Below are positions 63,472-64,000 of a DNA stretch of 64,000 bases, one piece after another. The stretch comes from Klebsormidium nitens. Its lineage: Eukaryota > Plantae > Klebsormidiophyceae. The stretch's first letter is position 1, and each line of letters opens with the position of its first letter. The notes under the pieces were generated by a model. That model did not search any database, was not told the origin of the DNA, and saw nothing but the letters and a program-made list of their open reading frames with translations. Made by a program: the position numbers and the translations under genes. Location: contig DF237363.1 in NCBI GenBank assembly GCA_000708835.1, positions 1 through 64,000 on the forward strand, read 5' to 3'.

Positions 63472-64000
63472 CCTGGTTGTAAGACGACGGGAGAGATCTG
63501 TATGTGGCGTGTGAAATGTTGTGGCTTGTGAGGCTGACGTGGCTTGAGACAGATGCTTCAGAGGAGGATGACGACATACGACATTCAGAGAATCTTCAGA
63601 TGGAGAGGAAGATGCGAAACAGCAGATGACAAAAAGTCCAAACAAGGGGGGAAAAGTAGTATTGCGGCTTGAGAGTCCTAAAATGACGGTGGTGTCAATT
63701 TCAGTATGTTCTTCCCCCTTCCCATCCGTGATATGACCACTATGTCTTCACATAACGCTGGTAAGATTGATCACTGGTATACATGTGGTTTAGCAACACA
63801 AAACAGGCATACAGTTTGCTATCTCTTCAATTTTAAGCGGTGGTGACAAGTGGGGTTTTCTCAAATCTGGATGGCCTATCAGACTTCTCACCTGGCATCG
63901 AGGTTTTGGTGCACATAAGCAATGTACAAGTTTGCTTTACTTTCAGATGACGATAGACTCTCCAAAGACAGCCCAGCGTAAGCAATACTGCCATATTGGA

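Overview
Eukaryotic, intron-rich DNA with GT-AG introns, GC-rich exons and two N gaps. A green/streptophyte alga such as Klebsormidium is my inference from intron style, a plant-type guanosine deaminase and a TRP channel. The left ~35 kb is a nest of mobile or virus-like elements. (i) 1-24.3 kb carries dispersed and tandem arrays of a ~106-110 bp hairpin repeat not seen further right, and a manually reconstructed ~21-exon, ~2,000-codon gene (8043-21738): CxxC/CxxH Zn finger, 2A-like motif, Pro-rich linker, PrimPol-type primase, Zn ribbon and UL9-like SF2 helicase, with one premature TAG. A decayed duplicate of its 5' part and an intronless Fic gene lie upstream. (ii) 24.3-29.7 kb is a compact intronless element with a Polinton-like-virus-type tyrosine recombinase and a disrupted Prim-Pol/SF3 primase-helicase, with no capsid gene visible. 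(iii) 29.75-34.9 kb is a SWIM/CxC-KDZ transposase with one nonsense codon. The right part is host-like: a secreted NTF2-like protein, two tandem guanosine-deaminase paralogs (one with a Zn-ligand Cys replaced by Ser), a WSS1/WLM protease with RanBP2 fingers, and a large WD40-TRP-like channel gene whose introns hold duplicated exon boundaries and a small foldback element. All domain calls come from motif recognition by eye; no searches were run.
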